DNA from: Hemiscyllium ocellatum
Lineage: Eukaryota
Direction: 5' to 3'
DNA: 64,000 bases
Assembly (NCBI RefSeq): GCF_020745735.1
Contig: NC_083423.1
Span: forward strand, 23,932,001 to 23,996,000
Each line of letters opens with the position of its first letter. Within the stretch, counting starts at the first letter, position 1. Both the position numbers and the translations under genes were made by a program. Positions 12,501 through 26,600 of the stretch are shown here, piece after piece. The notes beneath the pieces were generated by a model that was given only the letters and a program-made list of their open reading frames with translations, had not been told where the DNA came from and did no database searches.

Positions 12501-15500
12501 TCTTTTCCAAAGGAGTGCCAATTATTCCTTTTTTTCATGACACAATACCCAGTCTAGCATGGCCTGGCTTCCAGTTAGTTCCTCAAAGTATATATCCAGA
12601 AAACCATCTTGTGCAGACTCCAGGAAGTCCTCTTCTCTGATATAGTTACTTATTTGACTCGCCCAATCTACATACAGATTAAAGTTGCTCATAATTACAG
12701 CAGTATCTTTATTGCTTGTGTCTCTAATTTCATGTTTAATGCTTTCCCCCAACATTACTGCAAAAGTATTGGGATCTATATACAAACCACCATTGTTTCT
12801 GTCTCATCATATTTCTGAGCTCCACCCATACAGATCCCACTGCACCAGAGGTAATATCCTTCCTATTGCATTAATATACTCTGTAACTAGTCATGCTACC
12901 CCACCACCTTTTCCTCTTTGTCCTTCCTAAAAATGGAATGCCCTGGATATTCAGTTCCCATCCCTGGTCACCCTGCAGCTAAGTCTCCCTAATTCCACAA
13001 TAACGTATCCATTTATATCTGTTTGCTAAACTAATCCATCCACTTGAGCTTGAATGCTCTGCGCATTAAGACACAAGTCCTTAAATCTTGTTTTCTTAAC
13101 ATGTTTATTCCTATTTACATTATTTAGCATAGTGGCTTGAATCCTCAACCTATAACTTTTCCTGGTTCTGATTCTGTCTTTTGCTTTTACACTCATTTCC
13201 CTCTCTTCTCTTTGCCTGTATAGGTTCCCATTTGAGTTTAAACCCTCCCCAACCAAATTAACAAATATACCCCGAGGTCATCAGTTCCAGTCCTGCCAGG
13301 TGCAACTCATCCAGCTTGTTCTGGTCCCATGTTTGACAGACCAGTTCCAATACCATTGGAATCTGAACCCCTTCCACGTGCACCATCATTCCAGTCATAT
13401 ATTCATCTCATATATCCTGCTATTTCTACTCCGAGTTATACATTGCTATGGTAGCTTTCCTAAGATCACTAATTTTGAGGTTCGACTTTTTAACTTGCTT
13501 CCCATTCCTTATATTCTACTTTTAGGACCTCATCCCCTTTTCTTAGATAAGTTGTTTGTACTGATGTATACCGTTACCACTGGTTACTCATCTTCTCACT
13601 CCAGAATGGCCTGTAGCCGCTCCAAGAAAACCTTGTTCTTAGCACTCATTGGGGCAACATGCTATTCTGGAATCTTGTTTGCGACCACAAAGAATTTATC
13701 TATTCCTCATGCAACTGAATTCCCTATTACAATAGCCTTCTCACACTTATTCCTCCTCTCCCCGCAGTAGAGTCAACTGTGGTACAACAGATTTGGTGGG
13801 AGTATGTGTGTGTCATGTATATTGACATTATGTATTTTTCCCATCCACATCTGTGTGCTTGTCCCATGCTAGTTAACATGTGTTTTGTCAACTCCAGGGA
13901 GGACATGGAACAGGTTAGGTTTGCATCATATTAGAAGTTAGGGTATATCAAGTAGTTTGGATCAGGAGCCAATGGTTTTTGAGACTTTAAGACTAAATTC
14001 CAAAGTGAGGTGACAGCAAGACCTAGAGCTACAAATTCTGGTAAGAGAGATTTCAGAAACTGTGTGCAGCGAAAGCTGATTCCAAGGGATATGGTTTGGA
14101 AGGAGTTGAATTGTGGGGATGGGTTCCAGGCCTGAGCTTTTTACAGGGGAGGGAGAAGAGGTTCAGTGAGGGGGCAATCGCTGGGTAAGTGTTAATGATT
14201 CATCTCTTATTTCTCCAGGTTGGACAAGTCTTCCTCTACTTTCAGTGGTGAGTCCATCTCATCCTCTAATACCTTCTCCCAAAATGTGTGCAAATGTATT
14301 GGTGAGATGCAATATGTCAGGAGCGAGTAGTGTGTTAAGGTGTGAACAGTATGCAAGGGCTAAGCAGTGGACAGTGTGTAAAGAGGTAAATTGTATATAG
14401 TAACTAGTACCTCGTTGATTTTTGTAGGGATAGTTTGCTACTGGAGTCTGGATTCCTGGCAATTTTGGTGGCACCACTACACTTAAAGAAATGGCGTGCA
14501 GCCCCTGTGCGGCACCATGATGGTGTCATGTTCTGGCTGGTGCGGTGGCTTTTTTTCAGGCTCATGTTTGCATCAGGTGTGGTGAAACTGACCAGTCGAT
14601 GCCCCACATGGTGGGGTCTAACAGGTGAGTAAATGCTACTGCAGTTAAATGTCCACCAGTATCACCCCAACTAAATGCACCACTGGCTAGCTGCCACTCC
14701 CAACCTTAATTCAATATTATTTGTTACAAAAAAAAGGTTATCCTGTTCAAGTTTACACACATATTCGGAATAGTGTTTCCTTTGCCTCCCATCAGCTGGA
14801 GACAATCAAGGTTCAGGAGAACATTGACATGTTTTACATGTGATTATATTTGAATGATATAATTGTGGAATCAATCTTAAGGGGCAGATACACACAGGAC
14901 ATTCGGGTTTTGTTGGTTCTCATACCTTCTTGAATTATAACTGGGACAGGGGTCAGAGGTGAACTGTTGGTATTGCTATCCAGTTATAAAGCAGCACAGT
15001 GTCTGAAGTGAAGCGGCAAAATAATTACCTATTCTGTGGACTTTTCTATAAGGTTAGGTTGCCCAGCTAATGGACAGTTAGCTTATAAAAGTAAAGATAT
15101 TCTTGGGCAATGTTTTTGCCATTTGTAATATTTAGCTTTGTGAGAAGCTGTAGAGATTGGATAAGTATTTTTTCAAAACCTGGGTGTTCTTCAGTCCTGT
15201 ATCTTGTGCAAAATAAAATGTTTCTTGGTTTTCATACAACCTTTCTCATAGCAATCTGCAGTTGATCCTCAAGGAGATTGGAGATATGCCTGTTCAATCC
15301 ATTCATGGGGATTTCATTCTTTTATCATGGCACTAATACTAGGCACAAACTATGAGCTCCTGATTTTGGGTATGGTACCCACACCTGGATGCTGATAATG
15401 AACCAGGACAATGTCAATTGCAAACACTACAAAGTATACAACTGTGTGCTGAAATTAATAAACCACGCTGGAAATCTTTAGCAGGTCTTGAAGCATCTGT

Positions 15501-18500
15501 GAAGAGAGGAAGAGAGTAAGTGTTTCAGGTGTGATGTTTCATCAGAATTCATTCAATTTATGTTCCTGATTTCCTTGCAGCTCTGACGTACCACTATGAG
15601 ACTCAGTGCATCCCTACCTCTCTCGCCTGGTTTGCACATCAGTTGCCATCTTGGTTTCACAAGCTCAGCGTGGTCATTGTGTTTGTGCTAGAGATTGTGG
15701 TTCCTGTGTTGTTCTTTGCTCCAATCCGTCACCTCAGGATATTTGCATTCTACACCCAGGTAAGCCCACATTCTGCAAATATCAAAAGGACTGATCAGTC
15801 AGACCACATATGGAAGCCCCTGCACTGAAATACTGCTTGCCCTTTACAGAAAGACTGGAATGTTTATCTTTTCAATTTTATTTCTTATTTTTCTAATTGA
15901 TACTATGAATAATGATAAGGTAATGCAACTTTTTTCTTTATTTCTCTATCTTGTATCAAAGGTTTGTACTGAGGTACTTTGTACTTAAGATGGTGCCATG
16001 TGGGGCGATAGTGTAAATCTTTCGCTGTACTCCAGTACTTGAGTATGTGTCATAATAAACCAAATTCTGATACATGACTGAAGTATCAGACAGTCAAAAG
16101 CCAAAATTGGGAAATGTCACAAAGAGTTGTTCAAATCCAAGAATCCTGGTTATGCTCGCACTTGGGACAGGACAAGAGTGTACAGTTCATGGCTTCAGAT
16201 TTTTCCAGTGGCTGTTTGAGGTCCAAGTTCTGTCCAAACCTGAATAGCAGAAGGGTGTTCTTGGAGTTGAACAGAACACCTAATGCTTTTGCTATCTGGG
16301 CTGTGGGGAGCATGCTATTCACTGACTTCTCAACTGAAAAAGTGGTGAAGATTGCAAAAGAAGTTTAGAGGGCAGGGATGGGTTTGGAATAAGCTGGAAG
16401 GTGACATTTTCTGGTCTGAATCATACTTGCAGTCTCCCATGTCACTGTGCAAAAGATATTGGTGTCCTGCTTGTGCTCTCAGCCTCCATTTGCGTTTCTC
16501 ACTGATGGATTTTTTTTGTATCTGCAGATTTTGCTCCAGGTATTAATTATCGTCACCGGTAACTATAATTTCTTCAATCTACTTTCCATTGTTTTGGCGC
16601 TTTCACTACTGGACGATCAGCATATATACTATTGGATTAGGAGAGGCAAGAAGCAAAACCCTCAGAGTGAGTATCAGGCAGGAGAGGGGAAGGCCAATGG
16701 GAGGTACACTGTGGCAGATGACGTGTCCACACTGGGTATTCATGACTGATGCATACCCATGGTGAGTCCCTGCGGCATGCCCGGGCTCAGCAACCTGTGA
16801 TATGTGTCCAGGGAGAAAGTAATTGGATTCTGACATTTGAACTGTGATTGTTGCTTCTTTTCCCTATAGGATTGGGTTGGTTACGGACACTACAGTCTTT
16901 TGTCATTGGCCTCACTGAGCTGGCGGTTTATGTAACATTGATTTATGGAACGATTCACTACTTTGGACTAAGTCTCCACTGGGAGAAAAGGATAATAGAA
17001 TCCAAAACAGGTATAAGCAATACACGCTTCAGGTTCTTTGCCCATCTCAGTGTCAACCTGCATCATAACCAACCAGCAGATGCTGTTTCACTTCTGACAT
17101 CATTCTCCATGATTCTCGTTACTTAAGATTCCTTACATTTACAAATTTTAATTGTGTTCGTCTCTTCTACAGATATATTTCATAGGAGTACTGGATAATG
17201 GTACAGTGATATAAAATAATAAATAGAAATAGTTAAAAGAGAGCAAAAGGAAGGGTGAGCATTGAACCAGTCAAGAGAGGAAATTCTCTTGTAGGTTGGA
17301 GGGCCTAACTGAGGTACAAAATGTTTTCATCCATCTTCATGAAAGAGGACCTCACTGCCAATGTCACAGTAAAGAGGAGGCAGTAGCCTAACTGTAGTTG
17401 GGAAACTTTCAAAAATGACAATCCAGGTCAAAGTTACGTGGCATCTCAATGTACGGGGCTAATGTAGGATCTCACCAAGCTCCTTTGACAGCACCTTACA
17501 ATCCTTCAACTTGTACCCCGTAGAATGACAAGGGCAGCAGATGTGTGGGAATACCACCACCTGTAAGTTTCCCTCCAAGACGCACCATCTTAACTTGGAG
17601 ATATTAATAGTTCTTTCCATGTTGCTGGGTCAAAATCCTGAATATCCCTTCCAAACAGTAGGTTGAGCATTCTCACACCCAAAGGATCATTGTGGTTCAA
17701 GAAACCGTTGCATCATCATCTTAAGGACAGTTAGGCATGGGCAGTAAATGTTGCCATGGCCAGTGGCATTCACATCCCCTGAAATAATGTTTTTCAAAAA
17801 ATGAAAGCTAGTATAGATTTGTCGCACAAAAATAGTATTTGTTGAACTTGATTGAGTTCTTTAAGGCAACAAAGAGGGTTGATAAGTACAGCTGATGTGA
17901 ATATCGGGTGTCAAAGTGCCATGTAAATGACTCATTAACAAAATTAAAGCCTTTGAAATTGAAGGAATATAAAGGAGCGCTGGATGCAAGTCAACAGCGA
18001 ATAATAATGAGTGTTGTTTCTGAGACTGGAGGAAAGTATACGTTGTCCCCAGAAGTTAGTATTATCTTTTTTATTATATAATGTAATCCCTCAAGTGTGG
18101 AAATCTATTCTTTGGAAACACCAGTGGTCTGAAAACCTTTTGAGCAAACCCTAGCATCCTCAGTGTTGCTTTCATACGTTACTTTGGAGGAGTGGAAATC
18201 TGGAAATATTTTGATAAATAAAATAATTTTTATTACTACTTTAAAATTTTCATCACTGATTTATGCTTCAGATAAATATTTGTATCCACCGCATTTTCCA
18301 GTTCATATGTTTGTTAGACATTCTAACTTCTTCCTATAATTCAGAAAATTTTCAAATCCAGAAATATCTTTGTCCCAAGCATTCCAGACTAAAGAGGTGA
18401 TCGTGTATGTTAACAATGGTTTTCAAAATTGCAGTTAAGAAACTGGAAATGTAATAAGCATTGAAGAGGAAAGTAATATCCTTCAGAAGGGCACGGATTG

Positions 18501-21500
18501 ATAAAACAAACAGACTCATGACAAAATAATTTAATGTAGAAAAGAGTTGTCATATATTTTGGTAGGAACAATGAAGAGAGGCAATACAAAATAAGATTTG
18601 CATCATCAGTCTGGGGATGTATGTGCACAAATCTTTGGAGGTAAAGTCATGAAGGCTATTTCAAAAGCACGTGATCTTTAATTTTATTAACACATCGGTA
18701 AAGCGTCTGGAATATATTGTGTCAGAGTGTGATAGAAGAAGATACAGTAATACTACTCAGCAGAGAACAGGATGCTTGCTTGAAGGGGGAGTTGCTTGAC
18801 AAGAGAATGGTGAATTGGATAGCTTTTCTAAAATATTGGTACAGGCTAATTCTAGAATGACTAATCTTTTAATTGAGAAAATGATTTCATGAATGAAACT
18901 AATTATAGTTTGAAGAATCTAGTTGTTGGTATTAAATACGTCGAAGGACAGGTACAGCACAGGATCAAGGTAAACCTCATTCTGCTGTATCAACAAGCAC
19001 TCCTGTCCATACACAGCATAGGTTCAGTAAAGATTAGAGATTCCTCTACATTATGCAGGCAAACGCTCCCAGAGCAGATACAGCATGTCTATTCTCAAAC
19101 CTCTATCCCTCATCTTGGTTCCCAGGCTTCACTTTCCATGAGTTTACACGATGGCTGAAGACTGTGACTCCCCTTACCATCTGGATTGGTGTTATGTCCC
19201 TCACCTGGGAGATACTCTCATCACTGCTCAGGTGTGTCTCTGAGGAATTAGAATCATTTTTCCTTCCTTACTTCATGAGTGCTTTGCTTGAAGGCATGTC
19301 CTTGACCTATTGCTTGCTGATGCTGCTTCTGTTGATTGAATGCACTGCCATCCGCAAAGCAAGGAGACTGACACCAAGACTGACTTAGCTGAACTTTTGT
19401 TGTTCACGTTAACCTGAACCACTCTAGCTAACTGTGTAATTTAACCAACCATACATCATACAGGATGTCCTTGAAGTTTATGGAAATACTTTGATCAATT
19501 TGCAAACGGTGAGCTCCCAAATACAGGACTGAAGTAAACAATCAAATAAGCTGTTTTGTGGTGAAGTGGATTAAGGGATAAATATGAGCCAGAATATCCT
19601 GCTCTTCTTAATCAATGTCCCCATTAAGTTGAGTGGGTCCACACAAGTAGAAAATTGCAGAAAACATTCATCATATTCTTTTCCCACTCCTCACTGGGCT
19701 TACTTTTCATATTCATGGTTTATTATTTTGCTGAGCCTGTAGATATGGGGTTTCTTGCTGCATCCCCTTCTTCCAGTTTGGACAGTTTGCTTTGCACCCT
19801 TTCACTCCTGTTTTACTTGTTATGTGCTCAGTTTATGGGCTCCCGTTGCCCAAATCCCCCATCCCACAGTTTCTTGATTCTCCACAACCACAACCCCTAG
19901 ATTTATGAACCCCTCAAGTTGCACTGACTATCTACCCCTGGTTTTAACATTAAATCAATTTCTCTTTCCTAGTTCCCTCATGGTGAGAGGATTTATCGCC
20001 AAGCTCTGGGCTACCTCTCAGTCGGCTGTGTTTGCTGTTGCTGCTGCTGCAATGTTTGCTGTGAGCCTGGTGAGTGAGGAGCACAAGGTGGAGCTGGGAC
20101 TCTCCCTCCAGAATTTGAGTCCTAGTTCAAGTAACAGACTGTATTCATATGGTGTTTTAACAACCGTTAAATCATTACCGTTAAATCTCCAAATCATAAC
20201 CAATTAAGAACATTTTAATATAATAACTTGTAATTTTGAAAATATAGTAGCAAATTATCCTACAAAGAATAGTAAGATTTTTTTCAAAAATTAGATAACT
20301 TGTTTTAGTAATGATAAATGAGGGCTAAATATTGGACAGGTCAAAATCCCAGACTTCTCCTTAAAGATCTCATGGTGCTATTTTAATGTGCACCTGAGAG
20401 AACAGAGAGGACCATGGTTTAAAATCTCACTTATAAGATAGCATCTCCTCCAGTACAGCACACTCTGGAGTGAAACTTGAGTACCCATTCTTTTGATACA
20501 GAGGTCTGTGCTACAAAAAGAGCCACAGTTAATATTTTAATAACAGTTCAAATTAATGAAGTCAAATCAGATTCATTCCCCCGAATATGACCTTATTTCA
20601 GCTTGGGCCATGTTTGTTCCCAGAATATTCAGATATTGAAGAACTAAGGTTGTTATTTGGAGAGTGCGAAATTAGGTTGAAATTGTCATTTGGTTATTAG
20701 GGACTCCGGTGAGAAGTCAGAAAAGTTGGTTAATCCAGTTGATCTAAGAGAATGAATAAACTTTGATAATGTATTCTTGGTTAAAATAAATTCCTGAAGT
20801 ACATGGTTAGACTCTCCTTCAAGGAGGATAGTGACTATGGAATAGCTGACTCAGGGAGATAGAGTGGAAATATTTAAAGAGAAATAGGTGAATACTCAAG
20901 ATTGATTTGTGTGCCAAGGCCACCTCCGAATCACAGTTTGGTGGTGATTACAGGTATGTGAGAGATTAAAGTCAATGTAACACAGAGCTTTGTTATTCCA
21001 CAACTAGGCTACAGTGTACAGTTCTGATCCATGATAATAACGACAATATTCATTTTAAATAAGAGGGAAGATTAGATAGACTAGAATTGTCTTCTTTGAA
21101 TCATTTGAAGCTGGCGAGTAATTTAATTCAATTGTATAAAATTGAGAGATCTATGTGGAATGGGTAGTATCTAATTCCAGTAGCAAAGAGGTCAGTAATT
21201 AAGGGACCTAGATATTAGCTACCACACAGACTTTCTTTTTAGATATGACTCTAAGGTTTTCCACTAGCCAGTGCATTGAATGATTGGTACAAGCTTTAGA
21301 GGAAAGTCAAGAATTTCTGTTCACCTGGAAAGTGATTCAGGGCCTAACCGGATTAAAACAAAATTATGTGTGTACTTTTGTAACCAGCAGAACAACAAAT
21401 CAAGTGCTAGAAAGTGAGATGAGGTGAATTGCTCTTTTAGTCGGCTGTCTCAGATAAATTGGGATAAATAGCCACCTCCTGTGCCATTAATTTTCTCTCT

Positions 21501-23569
21501 TAGGGTCACATGATTTGCATAGGAAGTATGGTCAGTAAGTTTGCAGCTGACACCAAAATTGGAGGTGTAGTGGAAAGCAAAGTAGGTAACCTCCTAGTAC
21601 AATGGGATCTTGATTAGATGGACCAATGGGCCGAGGAATGGAGGATGGAGTTTTAGATAAATGTGAGGTGCTGCATTTTGGACAGGCAAACCAGAGCAGG
21701 ACTGAGTCCCTTAATGGTGTGGTCCTGGAGAGTGTTACTGAACAAAGAGACCTTGGAGTGCAGGTTCATAGTTCCTTGAAAGTGGAGTTGTAGATAGGTA
21801 GGATAGTGAAGAAGGTTTTTGGTATGGTGGTGTATGTATGGAATGAGCTGCCTGAGGAAGTGGCAGAGGCTGGTATAATGATAGCATTTAAAAGGGATCT
21901 GAATGGGTGTATGAATAGGAAGGGTTTAAAGGATTTTGGCCAAATGCTGGCATAGGGTCTAGATTTATTTAGAATATCTGGTTGGCATGGACGAGTTGGA
22001 CCGAAGGGTCTGTTTCCGTGCTGTATATCCCTATGACTCTATTTTGCCAATCAAGCTGCAATTCTGCTAGACCTGCAGCTGAAGCCAACCATTCAACCCT
22101 TATCAGTTCATGTTCTTCATTCAAATTGTTTATCTCATTCCTTCTTAAATGCTGATCTATGGAGGAATTTTGATTACCAAAGACATGGAGTCGAATTAGC
22201 TGGATAGATAAATTACTAATGTCTACATGCAATCTCTTCCACCATCCCCTTTCTTTACATCTTTTTCCATACTCTTACTATTTAAGCTACCAACAATTCT
22301 TACCCACCCTCACCTGTCATGAATATTATGTGGTGCATTAGCAATTGATGGGAGAGAGTTCAGGGCACTGATAGTTTGATGTCCTACCTTCACCCCAGGT
22401 ACCATTTACCTTCATTGAGTATGAAACTAACTCCAACCTGAGGCCTGAGGTTCGCCAGCTGTATGATGTGGTCGACCGTTACCAGCTAGTCAACTCCTAT
22501 GGGCTATTCCGTCGAATGACAGGGGTTGGTGGTCGTCCAGAGGTTGTGGTGGAAGGAAGCTACGATGGCCAGAAATGGAAGGTAGGATTTGTGAACAGTG
22601 CAGATGGTGAGAATGCAAGCTATGAGAGAGGGCAGCTTGCAGTTTTCCTGGAGAGTCATTTTCTGACTCAGCACCCCAGCATTCTTTCCTGAGAGTCGGA
22701 TATAGCCCTCCTCATTCCTTGTGAGAAGTGACAGTTTTATTTTGGTTGTGGCCCCATCAGTAGAGTACAGTGACCCTCAGTCTTCATTCTTGTGTGTGGA
22801 ATGCAGGGCTCCCTTGATCATCGCCTTTTTTTGAGCAAGATAGCCACCATTGATTCTTGTCCTAAGAATGAGGACATTAACTCTCCCACCCTGGTCCTTT
22901 ATTCTGCTGCTTCTGTTGTTTCTGATCCCGTATTCCGAGTGTTTTTTCTTTCTTAGGAAATTGAATTCATGTATAAGCCAGGGAACCTGAGCGTAGCCCC
23001 TCCTGTGGTGGCCCCACACCAGCCCAGGCTCGATTGGCAGATGTGGTTTGCTGCCCTGGGTGACCACAGGCACAGTCCCTGGTTCACCAGCTTCATCCAT
23101 CGTCTTCTCCAGGGAAAGAGAAATGGTGAGTGCAGAGGATCTTGTGCCCATTGCACGGAGCTGGCTGTAGTTTCTCTTGCTATCACTCTGCACTGGTTGT
23201 GGTATATCTCATTGTTGCACTGAATTGCTTATAGTAACTCACTGTTATGTTATGCTATCTTACACTGTCATCTTGCACTAATCGCAGTATTTCTCACTGT
23301 TACATGGTGCTTCTGCAGTAATACAGTGTTAAAGTTACACTTTCCAGCTTGTCATCACTTCTTTATTTTCTCATTTGTTTTTGCTTTTAGTCATTCGCTT
23401 GGTGCAAGTGGATGAGACAAAATATGCCTTCAGCACCAAGCCCCCCACTTACATACGAGCCCAGCTGTACAAGTATTGGTATACAGTGTACGGGACTCCC
23501 GGGTAAGTAGGAGTTTTAGAGTAAATACGTTCGCCGAGAGGGAGATTGTGGCTCAGGAGTAGGGAATGA

Positions 23570-23606
<37 letters not shown>

Positions 23607-26600
23607 TTTGCTGCTGAGCAAGAGGACAAAAGTCATAAGAAGGAGAAGGTGAAAGCACAGTCTAAGTGGTTCTCTGGGTGGAAGGGGATCATGTTGAGAG
23701 AGAACCCAAACACAGTTGCAAGCATAGGAAAGAAAGAAAATGTTCACATTGTACTGGTAGGAGCAAATTACTGCAGACGCTGAAACCTGTACTGAAAACA
23801 TCAAATGCTGAAGCTCTGATGACGAGTCATCTAGACTCGAAACGTTGACTTGCTGTCTCTTGTAGATGCCGTCAGACCTGTTGTGATCTCCAGCATTTGT
23901 TATTTTCAGTTTCACATGGTACTGAATAGGACCGGGTGAAGCCTGCACACTCACTGAAGTGAAGTGGGAGCAGAAAGAGAAAATCACACACAGTCTCAAA
24001 GTTGTGGTTGGTGTGTGGGGTTAGGGCAAAGGAGGAATGACGCAGTGGGTGAGAAAAGGGGTTCAAGCAACTGAGCAGTGTTGGACTTGTGGGGAAAGTA
24101 TATGTGCAGCTGAGCTGAGAGATTTTGCAGTGCTGCACTTAGGGAAGGTGAGACCAGATGCATTATTGAGGGATGAGTTAGAAAGACAAATTGTGCCACA
24201 TGGAAAGCATTATGTTAGGGGAATTGAGGGAGAAAATGTGCTGTTGGAGGGCAAGTAAAACTGCTGTCATTTGAGATTGAATTGAACAAGGGGATGATGA
24301 GGTCTAGGACTAGTGCCAATGTGTTTGGGACTGATTGATCAGATGGTGGGTAAAAACCAGTAAGGATGATTGAAACAAATGGCTTGATACCATGCCATAT
24401 ATCCTTTTTCTAATACATATCTTCTCCACTCCCGTTATCCCCTTGTTCTGTCCTCACTCTTCCTTCCTCTCCATGGTCTCCCGTTTATGTCCACTCCTCC
24501 CGCCTACAGGTCATTCAATAATTGGTGGACTCGGGAACACGTAGGAGAATTCTTCCCTTCGGTATCATTAGGAGACCCCAATTTGGAATCACTGTTACGT
24601 GAACATGGTTTCAAGGTGAAGACTGCACATCTGTGTACCTGACTTGTTTACAGTATCCAGTCAAACACTGCTATGGAGACACAAATTAGATTTAAAATGT
24701 ACCAGGAAATAGATGGGGGATATCAGAAAGGCAAGGTCACAGTGATCATGGGGGACTTCAGTATGCAAATGGACTGGGTGAATAATGTTGCCAGTGGATC
24801 CAAAGAAAGGGAATTCATGAAATGTTTACGGATGGCTTTTGGAACAGCTTGTGATGGCACCCACAAGGGAGCAAGCTATTCTGGACTTAGTGCTATGTAA
24901 TTAGCCAGACTTTATAAAGTATCTTAAAATAAGGGGACATTTATGAAGCAGTGATCATAATATGGTAGAGTTCAGTCTGTAATTTGAAAGAGAGAAGGCA
25001 AAATAAGATGTAATGGTGTTACAACTAAATAAAGGTAATTACAAGGGCACTAGAGAAAATCGATTAAAGTCTGGTTGAAGATTTGTAGCTCGGGTGTCCG
25101 TTGTTGTGGTTCTGTTCGCCGAGCTGGAAGTTTTTGCTGCAAACGTTTCGTTCCCTGGCTAGGGAACATCATCAGTGCTATTGGAGCCTCCTGTGAAGCG
25201 CTGCTTTGATGTTTCTTCCGGTATTTATAGTGGTTTGTTCTTGCCGCTTCCGGGTGTCAGTTTCAGCTGTAGTAGTTTGTATGTGGGGTCCAGGTCGATG
25301 TGTCTGTTGATGGATGTTCTTGCCGCTTCCGGGTGTCAGTTTCAGCTGTAGTGGTTTGTATATGGGGTCCAGGTCCATGTGTCTGTTAATGGAGTTTGTG
25401 GATGAATGCCATGCCTCTAGGAATTCCCTGGCTGTTCTCTGTCTGGCTTGTCCTATGATGGTAGTGTTTTCCCAGTCAAATTCATGTTCCTGGTTGTCTG
25501 AGTGTATGGCTACTAGGGATAGCTGGTCGTGTCGTTTTGTGGCTAGCTGATGTTCATGGATGCGGATTGTTAGCTGTCTTCTTGTTTGTCCTATATAGTG
25601 TTTTGTGCAGTCCTTGCATGGTATTTTGTAAACTACGTTAGTTTGGCTCGTGCTGGCTATTGGGTCCTTTGTTCTAGTGAGTTGTTGTCTGAGTGTGGAA
25701 GTTGGCTTGTGTGCTGTTATGAGTCCTAAGGGTCGCAGTAGTCCGGCTGTCAGTTCTGAGACGCTCCTGACGTATGGTAGTGTGACTAGTCCTTTTGGTT
25801 GTGGCATGTCCTCGTTCCGTGGTCTATCTCTTAGGCATCTGGTGATATAGTTGCGTGGGTATCCGTTTTTGGCGAATACCTTGTATAGGTGTTCCTCTTC
25901 CTCTTTTTGCAGTTCTGGTGTACTGCAGTGTGTTGTGGCTCTTTTGAATAGTGTCCTGATGCAGCTTCGTTTGTGTGTGTTGGGGTGGTTACTTTCATAG
26001 TTTAGGACTTGGTCTGTGTGTGTTGGTTTCCTGTGTACCCTTGTGGTGAATTCTCCGTTGGGTGTTCTCTCTACTAACACGTCTAGGAATGGGAGTTGGC
26101 TATCCTTTTCCTCTTCTCTCGTGAATCGTATTCCTGTGAGTGTGGCGTTGATGATTCGGTGTGTTTTTTCTATTTCTGTGTTTTTGATGATTACAAAGGT
26201 GTCATCGACGTATCTGATCCAGAGTTTGGGTTGGATTTGTGGTAGGGCTGTATGTTCTAACCTTTGCATAACTGCCTCTGCTATGAGTCCCGAGATTGGT
26301 GATCCCATGGGTGTTCCGTTGATTTGTTCGTATATCTGATTGTTGAATGTAAAGTGTGTGGTGAGGCACAGGTCTAGTAGTTTAAGTATGCCGTCCTTGT
26401 TGATAGGTTCGGCCTCCTGTGTTCTGTTATGTATGTCCAGTAGGTTGGCTATTGTTTTTCTGGCTAGGGTTTTGTCAATCGATGTGAACAGTGCCGTCAC
26501 ATCGAATGATACCATGGTTTCTTCTTTGTCTATGTGTGTATTCCTGATGATGTCCAAGAATTCCTGTGTTGATTGTATGGAGTGTTTGGATCCGCTGACT

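Noticed and set aside
23449-23999. ORFs with THTHTH / CVCVCV runs
   Set aside because: They are translations of the (TG)n microsatellite.
25178-26557. RT ORF as telomerase, retron or group II intron RT
   Set aside because: The C-terminal GIY-YIG domain, hammerhead-bearing terminal repeat and TSD identify a Penelope-like element.
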